Positions 29,427 through 38,685 of a stretch of DNA of 64,000 nt are shown piece after piece; the first letter of the stretch is position 1, and each line of letters begins with the position of its first letter. The stretch lies in NCBI GenBank assembly GCA_030431455.1, contig JAUIJE010000005.1, positions 387,460 through 451,459 on the forward strand. The letters run 5' to 3'. The notes under the pieces are model-generated. The model was not told the origin of the DNA. It worked only from the letters and a program-made list of their open reading frames with translations, and searched no databases. The DNA is from a bacterium (GTDB lineage: Bacteria; Myxococcota; UBA727; JAUIJE01). Made by a program: the position numbers and the translations under genes.

Positions 29427-30242
29427 TTACGACCCGCCGTTGCCTTCACCATCCGCGGCCCCAGATCCGCTTTCTGATGCGGTTTGACCCACATGGTCGC
29501 CCTTGCCGATGTCGGCCAATGTCTGCCCTTCGGTGAGCCCGAGGTACGGGCGCAGGGCGGCCTGGAGATTTTTGCGGGCGTGGAACAGCCGGCTCATGAC
29601 CGTTCCCTTCGGAATTTCAAGACTTTGGGAGATTTCTTCGTAGCTCATGCCCTCGATTTCGCGCAGCAAAATCACCGCTTTGTGGTCATCGGACAGGGTG
29701 GCCATCGCTTTTTCGATCTGGCCGGCCAGCTCCTGGTTCTTCACGTTCTGCAGCGGGTTGGCCCCGCCGAGCTTGGGCGCGATGTCGGCCTGGGCAAAGA
29801 TGCTGTCCTCGGTGAGCTCGAACCCTTTGACCTCTTCGAAATCGACCTTTTTCCGGCGCGCCTGGGAGCGCTTCTTGTCGATGCAGAGGTTCACGCAGAT
29901 GCGGTAGAGCCAGGTCGAAAACGCGCTGTTGCCCTCGAACGCGTCGAGCTTGCGGTGCGCCTTGATGAACGCGTCCTGGACGACGTCCATCGCCTCGTCC
30001 CGGTCGCGCAGCATGCCCACCGCCACCGCGAACAAGCGGCCCTGGTTCATTTCCACCAGCTTGCGGAACGCGCGCGCGTCCCCCGCCTTGGCCTCGTCGA
30101 CGAGGGTGCCCTCGATCTCCCGGGCCCGGGTGCGCTTTTGGTCCTTCTCGGCCGCGCGCTCTTTGACCTTGTCGACGACCGACTCGACGTCCTTTTCGGA
30201 GAGGGGCGCTTGCTGCTCGGGCTGCGCCGCGGTCTTGGTCAT
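29427..30242 (-). CDS. ECF-family RNA polymerase sigma factor (sigma-70 regions 2 and 4)
   Basis: Region 2 DVVQDAFIKAHRKLDAF...FSTWLYRICVN. Region 4 LREIEGMSYEEISQSLEIPKGTVMSRLFHARKNL. Start MTKTAAQ with AGGAGG SD. Confidence 0.85.
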   Translation of the reverse strand: MTKTAAQPEQQAPLSEKDVESVVDKVKERAAEKDQKRTRAREIEGTLVDEAKAGDARAFRKLVEMNQGRLFAVAVGMLRDRDEAMDVVQDAFIKAHRKLDAFEGNSAFSTWLYRICVNLCIDKKRSQARRKKVDFEEVKGFELTEDSIFAQADIAPKLGGANPLQNVKNQELAGQIEKAMATLSDDHKAVILLREIEGMSYEEISQSLEIPKGTVMSRLFHARKNLQAALRPYLGLTEGQTLADIGKGDHVGQTASESGSGAADGEGNGGS

Positions 30243-30361
30243 CGAGCCTCCTGGGCACTGCGCCCGCCCCCTTGTAGCACCTGACCCCACAGCGATTCAA
30301 AGGCCCCAGGTCACGCCGCGACCGATGCCTGCCGGCGCGGAAGAGACGTTAGAGTGCCCCC

Positions 30362-33300
30362 ATGGCCGCCCGCCCTTCGTCTTTGGGTCATCAAATCGAC
30401 CGCGCCCGGCGCAGCCTGCGTCTGTTCGGCGCGGTCGAGACCGCGCTTGCGGGGTTGCTCGCGGGGGCGTTTTTTCTCGTCATCGCCCTGGTGCTCGTCG
30501 ACGTGCTGCCGTTTTCGTACGGGACCCGGGCGGTGCTGTGGGCGCTCGGTCCGGTCGCGTTTGTGCTCACCGGCGCGGGCCTGTTTGTGCGCCGCCTGCT
30601 GCCCCTGCGCGACGACGAGGCGGTGGCGGGGGCGCTCGAGCGGGGCGCGGCCCGGCGCGGGACCACGTTGTGGGGCGAAGCGGTCAGCGCGGCCGAGCTG
30701 TTGCGCGGCCAGGGCACAGGTTCGCCGACGATGAAGAACGCGTTCATCGCCGACGTGGCCGCCCGGTTGAGCCGGGCCGGGGCCCACCGCGGGCTCGTCG
30801 AGCTGTCCTGGCGCAGCGCGCGGGTGGTGGTGGCGATCGCGGTGCTCGCCGCCGGGGCGTTCTATGCCGCGTCGACCACCGCGGTGTTTCAGGATCGGTG
30901 GGCGCAGTTGTTCGACGACGAGGTCGCGGAAAAGCGCATCGCCGAGCGGGCCCTGTTGCGGGTGCCGCTGGTGACCAACCTGACGGTGACGCTGTCGTTC
31001 CCCGCGTACATGGAGCGTGGGCCGGAGACCGTCGAGGGCAGCTCGGGCGACGTGGCCGCCCCGCGGGGCACCTTCGTCGACCTCAGTGGGCTGTCCGACC
31101 GGCCCATCGGCCGGGCCGCGCTGCTGTACGGGGACGCCGAAATCGCGCTCACCGTCGAGGACCAGCGACGGGTGTCGGGGCGTTTTGTGCTCGAGGAGGC
31201 CGGCACCTACCGGTTTGTGGTCCACGAGCTCGACGGGGACAAGGTGCTCGACCCCGTGGCCCACAAAGTCACATTGGTGGCGGACCGGGTCCCGGAGGTG
31301 GTGCTCGCCGCCCCCCCCGAGGACCGGGTGGTGCAACTCGACGAGGACATCGAGGTGTTGTTCTCGGGCACGGACGACTTCGGCCTGACCGGTTTTCGCC
31401 TCGTGGTGCGGCGGCAACAAAGCGGCGGCCAGGGCTTCGAGAAGTCCCTGATGGAGCTGTCCCCCGCGCTGGCCAAAGCCGGGGGCCGGGGCACGTTCAC
31501 CCCCGCCGAAGCCGGCGCCAAAGCCGGGGACAAGTTGAGCGTGTACGTCGAGGCGCTCGACAACGACACCATCGCCGGGCCCAAGGTGGGCCGCAGCGAG
31601 ACCCGGGTGCTCACGGTGTTCTCCGCCGCGTTGCACCACCGGGAGTTGATCGACCTGCAGCAGGCCCTGCTCGACGCCATGCTCGAGTCGCTGGCCGACG
31701 AGCTCGAACACCCCGTCGACGCGGCCGCCGCCGAGCGCGCCGACCCCGCGCAGGGCCAGGCCCTCGACGAGCACGAACGCATCGGCAACCGCCACGCGGC
31801 CATGCTCGAAGCCTTCGGCCGGGTGCTGACCCACCTGCGCACCGACGAGCTCGCCCCCGACGACATCAAAGCCGCGCTCACCAAAATGAGCCGCGAGCTG
31901 AGCGGGGTGGTGGACAAGTCGCGGGAGTTGGTGAGCGCGGCCAAAAAGACCCTGCAGAGCGGGCGTGCCCTCCCCGCCTACTTCTGGCGCGATTTGGGCA
32001 AAGCCAACAAGAAGCTCGTGGCCGCGCTCGAAAAAGACGTGCTCTACCTCGACGACCTCTTGACCCGGCAGCGGCTGGAAGAGGTCGAGACGCTGACCGC
32101 GGAGATGCGCGACGCCCAAAAGAACCTCAAGGAGCTGATCGAGCAGTACAAAAAGAGCCCCGACGACCAGACCCGCGAGGCCATCCTCGAGGAGATCCGG
32201 GCCCTGCGGGAGCAGATGCAAAAAATCGCCGAGCGCCTCGCCGAGCTGCGCCGGGACATCCCCGACGAGCACATCAACAAAGAGGCCATGCACCAAGCCG
32301 AGCAGATGCAGGACGCGCAGAGCATCGATGAGCTCATCGAGCAGGGCAAGGTCGACGAGGCCTTGCAGCAGCTCGAACAGATGATGCAACAGACCGAGCA
32401 GCTGCTCGACGGGCTGTCGGAGAGCCGGCAAGAGTTCGGCGATGAGAGCTACCGGGAGCTGGCGGAGAAGATGGAAAAGTTCGGGGCCGAGCTGCAAGCG
32501 GTGCAGGCCGAGCAAGAGCAGCTCCTCGACCAGAGCCAGCGCATGCTCGATGCGGCCCAGAAGCGCGCCCTCGAAAAGACGATGAAACAAATGCAGGAGG
32601 TTTGGCCCGACCTTTTGGAAAAGGCCAAACAAGCGCAAAAGGACCTCCAGGGCATCGACGACTCACGGCTGTTTCCGCACGAACGGGAGGACCTCGCCGG
32701 GGCCCAGTCGCGGGTCGATGACCTGGTGCGGGCGCTCGAAGCCGAAGACGTGGCCGACGCCCAGCAGAGCGCGGAGGACGCCGAGCGCATGGTGCGCACC
32801 AGCGAGCAGGACGTGGCCGACCGGGTGCGGGGCCGGTTCGGCAGCCGTGACCCGTCGATGAAGGACGCGGCCGCCCGGCTCAAAAAGGCGCGCCCCCGGG
32901 TCGAGGACGTGCGGGACGAACTCGACAAGCTCTTGCCCGACCCCCGCAAGTTCCTCGACGAGGGCCAACGACAGCTGATGAAAAAGAACGCCGAACGCCA
33001 GCAGCAGCTCAAGAAGAGGACGCAGCAGCTGCAAAAACAGATGCGCGACATCGACAAGGAGGCGCCCATCTTCGGGGAAGAGCCGCAACAAATGTTGCAG
33101 CGTGCCGGCGAACAAATGGGCATGGCCCAGAACCGGCTGCGCAGCCAGCGCCTGCGGGAGGGCAAGTCTTCGCAGGGCCGCGCGTCCCAAGAGCTCAAGG
33201 CCCTGGGCGAGCGCATGCAGCAGATGGCGCAACAGCAAGGCCAGTCGGGGGGGGTGCCGATTCCTCTGCCCGGCGGCGGCAGCGACGGGGGCGGCGACCA

Positions 33301-33469
33301 GGAGGGCAACGGCCGCCACACCGGCAAAGAGGACGTGAAGATCCCCGGGGCGGAGCAGTACCGGGTCCCGGACGCCTTCCGCAAGGACATCCTCGACGCC
33401 ATGCGCGAGGACGCGCCGGAGAATTACCAGCGCGAGGTGAAAAAATACTACGAGGAGTTGGTCAAATGA
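30362..33469 (+). CDS. large membrane-anchored coiled-coil protein (DUF4175-like)
   Basis: 1035 aa. Two N-terminal TM helices, a beta-rich middle, and ~500 aa of Q/E/K-rich coiled coil. C-terminal motif PENYQREVKKYYEEL. Confidence 0.6.
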   Translation: MAARPSSLGHQIDRARRSLRLFGAVETALAGLLAGAFFLVIALVLVDVLPFSYGTRAVLWALGPVAFVLTGAGLFVRRLLPLRDDEAVAGALERGAARRGTTLWGEAVSAAELLRGQGTGSPTMKNAFIADVAARLSRAGAHRGLVELSWRSARVVVAIAVLAAGAFYAASTTAVFQDRWAQLFDDEVAEKRIAERALLRVPLVTNLTVTLSFPAYMERGPETVEGSSGDVAAPRGTFVDLSGLSDRPIGRAALLYGDAEIALTVEDQRRVSGRFVLEEAGTYRFVVHELDGDKVLDPVAHKVTLVADRVPEVVLAAPPEDRVVQLDEDIEVLFSGTDDFGLTGFRLVVRRQQSGGQGFEKSLMELSPALAKAGGRGTFTPAEAGAKAGDKLSVYVEALDNDTIAGPKVGRSETRVLTVFSAALHHRELIDLQQALLDAMLESLADELEHPVDAAAAERADPAQGQALDEHERIGNRHAAMLEAFGRVLTHLRTDELAPDDIKAALTKMSRELSGVVDKSRELVSAAKKTLQSGRALPAYFWRDLGKANKKLVAALEKDVLYLDDLLTRQRLEEVETLTAEMRDAQKNLKELIEQYKKSPDDQTREAILEEIRALREQMQKIAERLAELRRDIPDEHINKEAMHQAEQMQDAQSIDELIEQGKVDEALQQLEQMMQQTEQLLDGLSESRQEFGDESYRELAEKMEKFGAELQAVQAEQEQLLDQSQRMLDAAQKRALEKTMKQMQEVWPDLLEKAKQAQKDLQGIDDSRLFPHEREDLAGAQSRVDDLVRALEAEDVADAQQSAEDAERMVRTSEQDVADRVRGRFGSRDPSMKDAAARLKKARPRVEDVRDELDKLLPDPRKFLDEGQRQLMKKNAERQQQLKKRTQQLQKQMRDIDKEAPIFGEEPQQMLQRAGEQMGMAQNRLRSQRLREGKSSQGRASQELKALGERMQQMAQQQGQSGGVPIPLPGGGSDGGGDQEGNGRHTGKEDVKIPGAEQYRVPDAFRKDILDAMREDAPENYQREVKKYYEELVK

Positions 33470-35430
33470 CGCGCTCCTTGGTGTTCGCCTGTGCAGTGGC
33501 ATGCGGGCTTGCCTTTGCCGGGCCCGCGGCGGCCCAAGACGCGGCCGGCCTCGGCGACAAGCTCGAACGGGTCCAGCGCCTGCTCGACGACTGGCAGCTG
33601 GTGGAGGCCGCGGCCATCGCCGCCGAGCTCGAGCGCACGTTGCCCGACGTGCCCCCGGTGCAGGCGGTGCTCGGGGAGGTGAAGTTCCACCAGGGGGATT
33701 ACGAAGGCGCGCGCCGGCTGCTGCGCCGGGCCTCGGAGGGGGGCAGCGCCGACCCCCTGCTGCTTCAGCTCGCCGAGAGCACCTACGAGGAGACCGCGGG
33801 GTTTGTGAGCGTCGAGAGCGAACACTTCGTGCTGCGCACCCCCGCGGGCAAAGACGAGATCCTGGCCGACACCGCGCTGTGGGCTTTGGAGAAGGCCTAC
33901 GCGGCCCTGACCCAGGCGTTCGATTACGAGGTCCCGCACAAGATCCCCGTCGACGTGCTGCACGACGCGCGGGGCTTGGCCGCGGTGAGCACCCTGACCG
34001 TGCAAGAGATCGAGACCTCGGGCACGATTGCGCTCTGCAAGTTCAACCGGTTGATGATCACCAGCCCCAAGGCCCTGGCCCGGGGCTATGCCTGGTTGGA
34101 CACGCTGTCGCATGAGCTCATCCACCTCATCATCAGCGAGAAGTCGCGCAACACCGTGCCCATCTGGCTGCACGAGGGGCTCGCCAAATACATGCAGTCG
34201 CTTTGGCGTGGACAGCGGGGCCTCGCCCTCACCCCCGCGTCCGAACAGTTGCTGGCCCAGGCGGTGAAGAAAAACGAGCTCATCACCTTCGAGCAGATGC
34301 ACCCGTCCATGGCCAAGCTCCCGTCGCAGGAAGCCACCGCCCTCGCCTTCGCTGAGGTGTTCACCGTCATCGAGTACCTGATGAGCGATGCCGTCACCCA
34401 AGGCAAAAAGAGCCCCTACGCGGTGACCAACACCCTGCTCGACACCCTGGCCACGGGCAAAAACATGGACCGCTCGCTCCAAGCCTCGGCCGGCACCAAC
34501 CTCGCCGGCCTGCAGAAACGTTGGAAGCGATACTTGAAGAAACGCCCGTTCAAACTCAAGGCCGACGACAAGCCGCGCCCCCTGCGTTTTGTGCACAACG
34601 CCCGCAAGGGCAACGCGTCCGTGGACGAGGAAGAGGACGAGGCCGCGCTGTTCGAGACCACCGACGACAAAGCCAAAAAGTTCGTGCGGCTGGGCAATCT
34701 TCTGCGCGGCCGGGCCCGGCTCAAGGCGGCCACGGTGGAATATGAAAAAGCCCGCGGCCGGCTCAAATCGATGAGCCCCAGCTTGAACAACCGGGTGGCC
34801 GGCATCTACCTCCGGCTCGACGACACCGCCGGGGCCGCGCGCATCCTCGACGAGACGGTCAAGGTCTACCCCGACGACCCCCAGACCCGGGTGTTGCGCG
34901 GCCGGCTCTTTTTGGCCGAGAAAAAGTACAAACAAGCCCGCGGCGAATACGAGCGCGCCCTCTGGGAAAACCCCTTCCACCCCGAGGTGCACGCGGGGCT
35001 GTACCAAATCGCGGACAAGACCAACGACGCTTCGCTCAAAAAGAAGGCCGAACGGAATCTCGGCCTGCTCTCGGGCCACGCCAAAGAAAACCCCACCGCG
35101 CGCTTCGCCCTCGCCGAGGACGGCGAGCCCTTCGGGACCTTGTCGCTCTCGAGCGACCCGTGGGGCGAGCTGTTCATCGATGGGCGGCCCACGGGCATGA
35201 TCACCCCGGTCACCGACCTCCCGCTGCGGCCCGGGACCTATCTCATCCGGGTCGAGGACCGCGTGAGCGGCCAGGTGCAGGCGCGCTCGATCACGGTGCA
35301 AGCAGGCCAAGCGGTGCGCGAGCGCTTCACCCTGCAAGACCTCGACGACGCCGCCCGCCAAGACATCGCCGCCCGGGAGGACAAGGCCCAGGGCGCGACC
35401 TTGCCCGACGCGGGCCCCGCCCACCCGTGA
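33466..35430 (+). CDS. secreted TPR-repeat protein with an HExxH (peptidase MA-like) motif and a C-terminal PEGA domain
   Basis: Signal peptide present. SHELIHLIISE. TPR-like helices. C-terminal FGTLSLSSDPWGELFIDGRPTG is PEGA-like. ATGA overlap with the upstream gene. Confidence 0.65.
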   Translation: MTRSLVFACAVACGLAFAGPAAAQDAAGLGDKLERVQRLLDDWQLVEAAAIAAELERTLPDVPPVQAVLGEVKFHQGDYEGARRLLRRASEGGSADPLLLQLAESTYEETAGFVSVESEHFVLRTPAGKDEILADTALWALEKAYAALTQAFDYEVPHKIPVDVLHDARGLAAVSTLTVQEIETSGTIALCKFNRLMITSPKALARGYAWLDTLSHELIHLIISEKSRNTVPIWLHEGLAKYMQSLWRGQRGLALTPASEQLLAQAVKKNELITFEQMHPSMAKLPSQEATALAFAEVFTVIEYLMSDAVTQGKKSPYAVTNTLLDTLATGKNMDRSLQASAGTNLAGLQKRWKRYLKKRPFKLKADDKPRPLRFVHNARKGNASVDEEEDEAALFETTDDKAKKFVRLGNLLRGRARLKAATVEYEKARGRLKSMSPSLNNRVAGIYLRLDDTAGAARILDETVKVYPDDPQTRVLRGRLFLAEKKYKQARGEYERALWENPFHPEVHAGLYQIADKTNDASLKKKAERNLGLLSGHAKENPTARFALAEDGEPFGTLSLSSDPWGELFIDGRPTGMITPVTDLPLRPGTYLIRVEDRVSGQVQARSITVQAGQAVRERFTLQDLDDAARQDIAAREDKAQGATLPDAGPAHP

Positions 35431-35448
35431 GCGCCCCCCAGACCGCGG

Positions 35449-36564
35449 TCACCGCATCGTGATGCGCAACGTCTCGCGGGCGGTGGCGAGGGCCTCGTCG
35501 AGCCCGGCCCGGGTCTCGGCAAAAAACTGGGCATAGCCAACGTCCTGGCCGACCCCCACCCGCCGGGCCACGTCGTCGCCGACCGCGACCTTGAGCTTGA
35601 GCTTTTTCACCGCCGGGAGCGCGCGGACCGCGTCCTCGCCCTCGATGCGCGCGACCTGGCCCGCGCCCGGGTGCAGCACCCAGCCCGCGGCGAAGCCTTG
35701 GCGCGCTTCAGGGAACGAGACCGCGCGGCCGAGCTCGACGAGGGCGAAGGTGTGCCAGGCGTTGAACCCCCAGGCGTTCGACATCGTGTCCATGATGTAG
35801 CCGCCGGGGGGCCGAAGCGCGACCTCGCCGAGCAAGGGCCCCTCCGCGGTCAGATACACCTCGAGATGGGTCAAGCCCCAGGTGATGTGCATCGCGCGCA
35901 GCACCTGGCGATTCAGCGCCCGGACCTGCGCCAGCACCGCGTCGTCGAGCGCGGGGGGGATGACATTGAGCGCGCCCTTGACCGCGTAGCCGGTGAAGCT
36001 CTCGAACCGCACGGCGCCGTCCACCACGAAGGACTCCACGGACATCTCCGGCGCGTCCACGAACCGCTCCAGCATCATTGTGCCACGGGGCGCGCCGGCC
36101 AAAGCCTCCTCGAGCTCTTGCGCGGTCTTGGCGAAGCGAATGCCCCGGCCGCCGCTCGACGCGCGGGCCTTGACCACCACCGGGCTCTTCAGCGCGGCCA
36201 TGACCTCTTGGGCATCGCGCATGTCGGCCGCGTCCAGGAACGCGGTCATGGGCACCCCGCGTTCGGCGAGGTGACGCTTCATGGTCAGCTTGTCGTGGCA
36301 GCGCAGCGAGATGGTCATCGGCGCGGCCCGGGCCGAGAGCGCCCGCCGGGCATACGCCGCGGGCACCACCGCGCTCTCCCCGCCCGCGATGACGTGGCTG
36401 AACCGCCCGGCGAGACCGGGCGCGGCCTCGGCCCATTTTTCGCGCGTGCGCGGCAGCGGCTGGTCCTTGGGCCAGACCGTGACCTCGACGTGGTCGAGCT
36501 TTTTCAGGGCCCGCAGCAGCCCCTGCCGCGGCCCGAGCACCAGGACGCGGTCGGGCTGGTTCAC
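35449..36564 (-). CDS. ATP-grasp domain protein
   Basis: 371 aa. SPVVVKARASSGGRGIRF, ERFVDAPEMSVESFV and a Mg-binding E..N region are ATP-grasp-like. Substrate unknown. Confidence 0.7.
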   Translation of the reverse strand: MNQPDRVLVLGPRQGLLRALKKLDHVEVTVWPKDQPLPRTREKWAEAAPGLAGRFSHVIAGGESAVVPAAYARRALSARAAPMTISLRCHDKLTMKRHLAERGVPMTAFLDAADMRDAQEVMAALKSPVVVKARASSGGRGIRFAKTAQELEEALAGAPRGTMMLERFVDAPEMSVESFVVDGAVRFESFTGYAVKGALNVIPPALDDAVLAQVRALNRQVLRAMHITWGLTHLEVYLTAEGPLLGEVALRPPGGYIMDTMSNAWGFNAWHTFALVELGRAVSFPEARQGFAAGWVLHPGAGQVARIEGEDAVRALPAVKKLKLKVAVGDDVARRVGVGQDVGYAQFFAETRAGLDEALATARETLRITMR

Positions 36565-36908
36565 CCCGGGGGCCAGGACAGGTCCCGCCCGCCGATGACG
36601 TGCAAGTGGATGTGAAACACGGACTGGCCCGCGCCGGCCCCGACGTTCATCACCAGGCGGTAGCCGGACTCGACCACGCCCTTTTTCTCCGCCACCTGTT
36701 GCGCGGCGAGGTAGAGGCGCCCGACCAGCTCCTGGTCTTGGGCCCCGAGGTCGTGGGCCGTGGCAATGTGTCTGCGTGGGATGACGAGCACGTGACAGGG
36801 CGCGCCGGGGTTGATGTCCTCGAACGCGTACACGTGCTCGTCGCTGTACACCTCGGCGGAGGGAATTTGGCCATCTAGGATTTTGCAGAACAAACAGTCG
36901 CTCATCAT
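36561..36908 (-). CDS. HIT (histidine triad) family nucleotide hydrolase
   Basis: Start MMSDCLFCKI. Histidine triad HIHLHVIGG. The track ORF extends upstream but lacks a signal there. Confidence 0.85.
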   Translation of the reverse strand: MMSDCLFCKILDGQIPSAEVYSDEHVYAFEDINPGAPCHVLVIPRRHIATAHDLGAQDQELVGRLYLAAQQVAEKKGVVESGYRLVMNVGAGAGQSVFHIHLHVIGGRDLSWPPG

Positions 36909-38368
36909 GTCCCCTGGGGTCGCTTCTCGAGGAGGTTCACGCCTTGTTCGACGAGGGTCCCGGCCCGCAGGATGCTCGCCTCGCCCATGGCCGGGCCCAC
37001 CAGCTGCACCCCCAGGGGCAAGCCCGCGTCGGTGAACGCGACGTTGACGGACAGGCCGCACACCCCGGCCAGGCTGACCCCGATGGTGAACACATCGGAC
37101 AGGTACATTTTCACGGGGTCGTCGGTCTTTTCCCCGATGCCGAACGCGGCGGTGGGCGCCACCGGCGTGAGCAGCACGTCGACGTCGGCGAAGGCCTGGT
37201 CGTAGTCGCGCCGGATCAGGGTGCGCACCTTTTGCGCCCGCAGGTAGTAGGCGTCGTAATAGCCCGTGGACAGCACGTAGGTGCCGAGCAGGATGCGCCG
37301 CTTGACCTCGGGGCCGAACAGCTCGCCGCGGGTTTTGCGGTAGAGCGACTCGAGGCCGCCCTCTTCGCCGCGGCGGGGCCCGTAGCGCACGCCGTCGTAG
37401 CGGGCGAGATTGGACGAGGCCTCGGCGGTGGCCGCGATGTAGTACGTGGGCACCGCGAGGTGGGCGTGGGGGAGCGAGACCTCGACCACGGTGGCGCCAG
37501 CCTCGCGCAAGGTCTGCTCGGCCTTGTGCTGGGCCGCGAGCACGTCGTCGTCGCAGCCGTCTTGATTTTGGTATTCGCGGACCACGCCGACCTTGAGCGG
37601 GCGGTCCTGGTCACAGGCCGCGGCGTAGTCTTCGACCGGGGCGTGGCTCGAGGTCGCGTCCCGCCCGTCGGGACCCGCCAACGCCGCGAGCAAATGGGCA
37701 CAGCCTTTGACGTCCCGCGCGAATGGACCGACCTGGTCGAGGGAGGACGCAAAGGCCACTGCCCCAAAGCGCGACACCCGGCCGTAGCTCGGCTTCAGCC
37801 CGGCCACGCCACAGAACGCCGCGGGCTGGCGCACCGAGCCGCCGGTGTCGGTGCCGAGCGCCCCGTAACATTGGGTCGCGGCCACCGCGGCGGCGCTGCC
37901 CCCCGACGAGCCCCCCGGGGTCCGGCTCTTGTCCCAGGGGTTGGTGGTGCCGCCGTAGGCGGAATGTTCGGTCGAGCTGCCCATGCCGAACTCGTCGAGG
38001 TTGGTCTTGCCCACCACCACCGCCCCCGCCGCGCGCAGCTTGTGCACCACGGTGGCGTCGAACGGCGAGGTGTAGCCCTCGAGGATGCGGCTGCCCGCGG
38101 TGGTGGGGCCGGTGACGTCGACGATGTTGTCCTTCACCGCCACGGGCACGCCGTCGAGCGGTCCGCGGGGTTGCCCGTTTGCCCGGCGCGCGTCGGCGGC
38201 GGCGGCGGCCTCTTCGGCCGCGGCGCGGTCTACGCGCAAAAACGCGCGCAAGGCGTCGTTGCCCTGGTCGATGCGGTCGAGGCATTGCCCGGTGAGCGCC
38301 ACCGAGGTGGTGGCGCCCTCGTCGAGCGCGGCGGCGGCAGCGGCCAGGGTGTAAGGGCCCGCGCTCAT
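36905..38368 (-). CDS. gatA: Asp-tRNA(Asn)/Glu-tRNA(Gln) amidotransferase subunit A
   Basis: Amidase signature GGSSGGSAAAVA and the KDN triad region. Start MSAGPYT (cat 38366-38368) overlaps the gatC stop (ATGA). The upstream 170 aa of the track ORF are spurious. Confidence 0.9.
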   Translation of the reverse strand: MSAGPYTLAAAAAALDEGATTSVALTGQCLDRIDQGNDALRAFLRVDRAAAEEAAAAADARRANGQPRGPLDGVPVAVKDNIVDVTGPTTAGSRILEGYTSPFDATVVHKLRAAGAVVVGKTNLDEFGMGSSTEHSAYGGTTNPWDKSRTPGGSSGGSAAAVAATQCYGALGTDTGGSVRQPAAFCGVAGLKPSYGRVSRFGAVAFASSLDQVGPFARDVKGCAHLLAALAGPDGRDATSSHAPVEDYAAACDQDRPLKVGVVREYQNQDGCDDDVLAAQHKAEQTLREAGATVVEVSLPHAHLAVPTYYIAATAEASSNLARYDGVRYGPRRGEEGGLESLYRKTRGELFGPEVKRRILLGTYVLSTGYYDAYYLRAQKVRTLIRRDYDQAFADVDVLLTPVAPTAAFGIGEKTDDPVKMYLSDVFTIGVSLAGVCGLSVNVAFTDAGLPLGVQLVGPAMGEASILRAGTLVEQGVNLLEKRPQGT

Positions 38369-38649
38369 TCGACCACCTGGGGCACGCGCACGTATTCCCC
38401 GGTGAAGCCGGCGGAGCCTTGCACCGCGGCCTTGCCGAGCACGTCGTGGGCCTCGTCGGAGCGCAGGGGGTCGCCGGCGGTGGTCATGTGCACCAAGGGC
38501 TCGACCCCGTCGGTGTCGACCTCGGAGATGGCCTCGACGAAGGTGAGGATGCGCAGCAGGTCGTCGCGCAGACGATCGTGCTCGGCCGCGTCCACCTCGA
38601 GGCGGGCGAGCTTGAGCAGGTCGTCGATGGTTTGATCGGTGACCGTCAT
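38365..38649 (-). CDS. gatC: Asp-tRNA(Asn)/Glu-tRNA(Gln) amidotransferase subunit C
   Basis: 94 aa. Typical GatC length and the LARLEV motif. Confidence 0.85.
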   Translation of the reverse strand: MTVTDQTIDDLLKLARLEVDAAEHDRLRDDLLRILTFVEAISEVDTDGVEPLVHMTTAGDPLRSDEAHDVLGKAAVQGSAGFTGEYVRVPQVVE

Positions 38650-38685
38650 GGGGGCCTGATAGCCGACCTTGTGCGGAGGCGAAAC

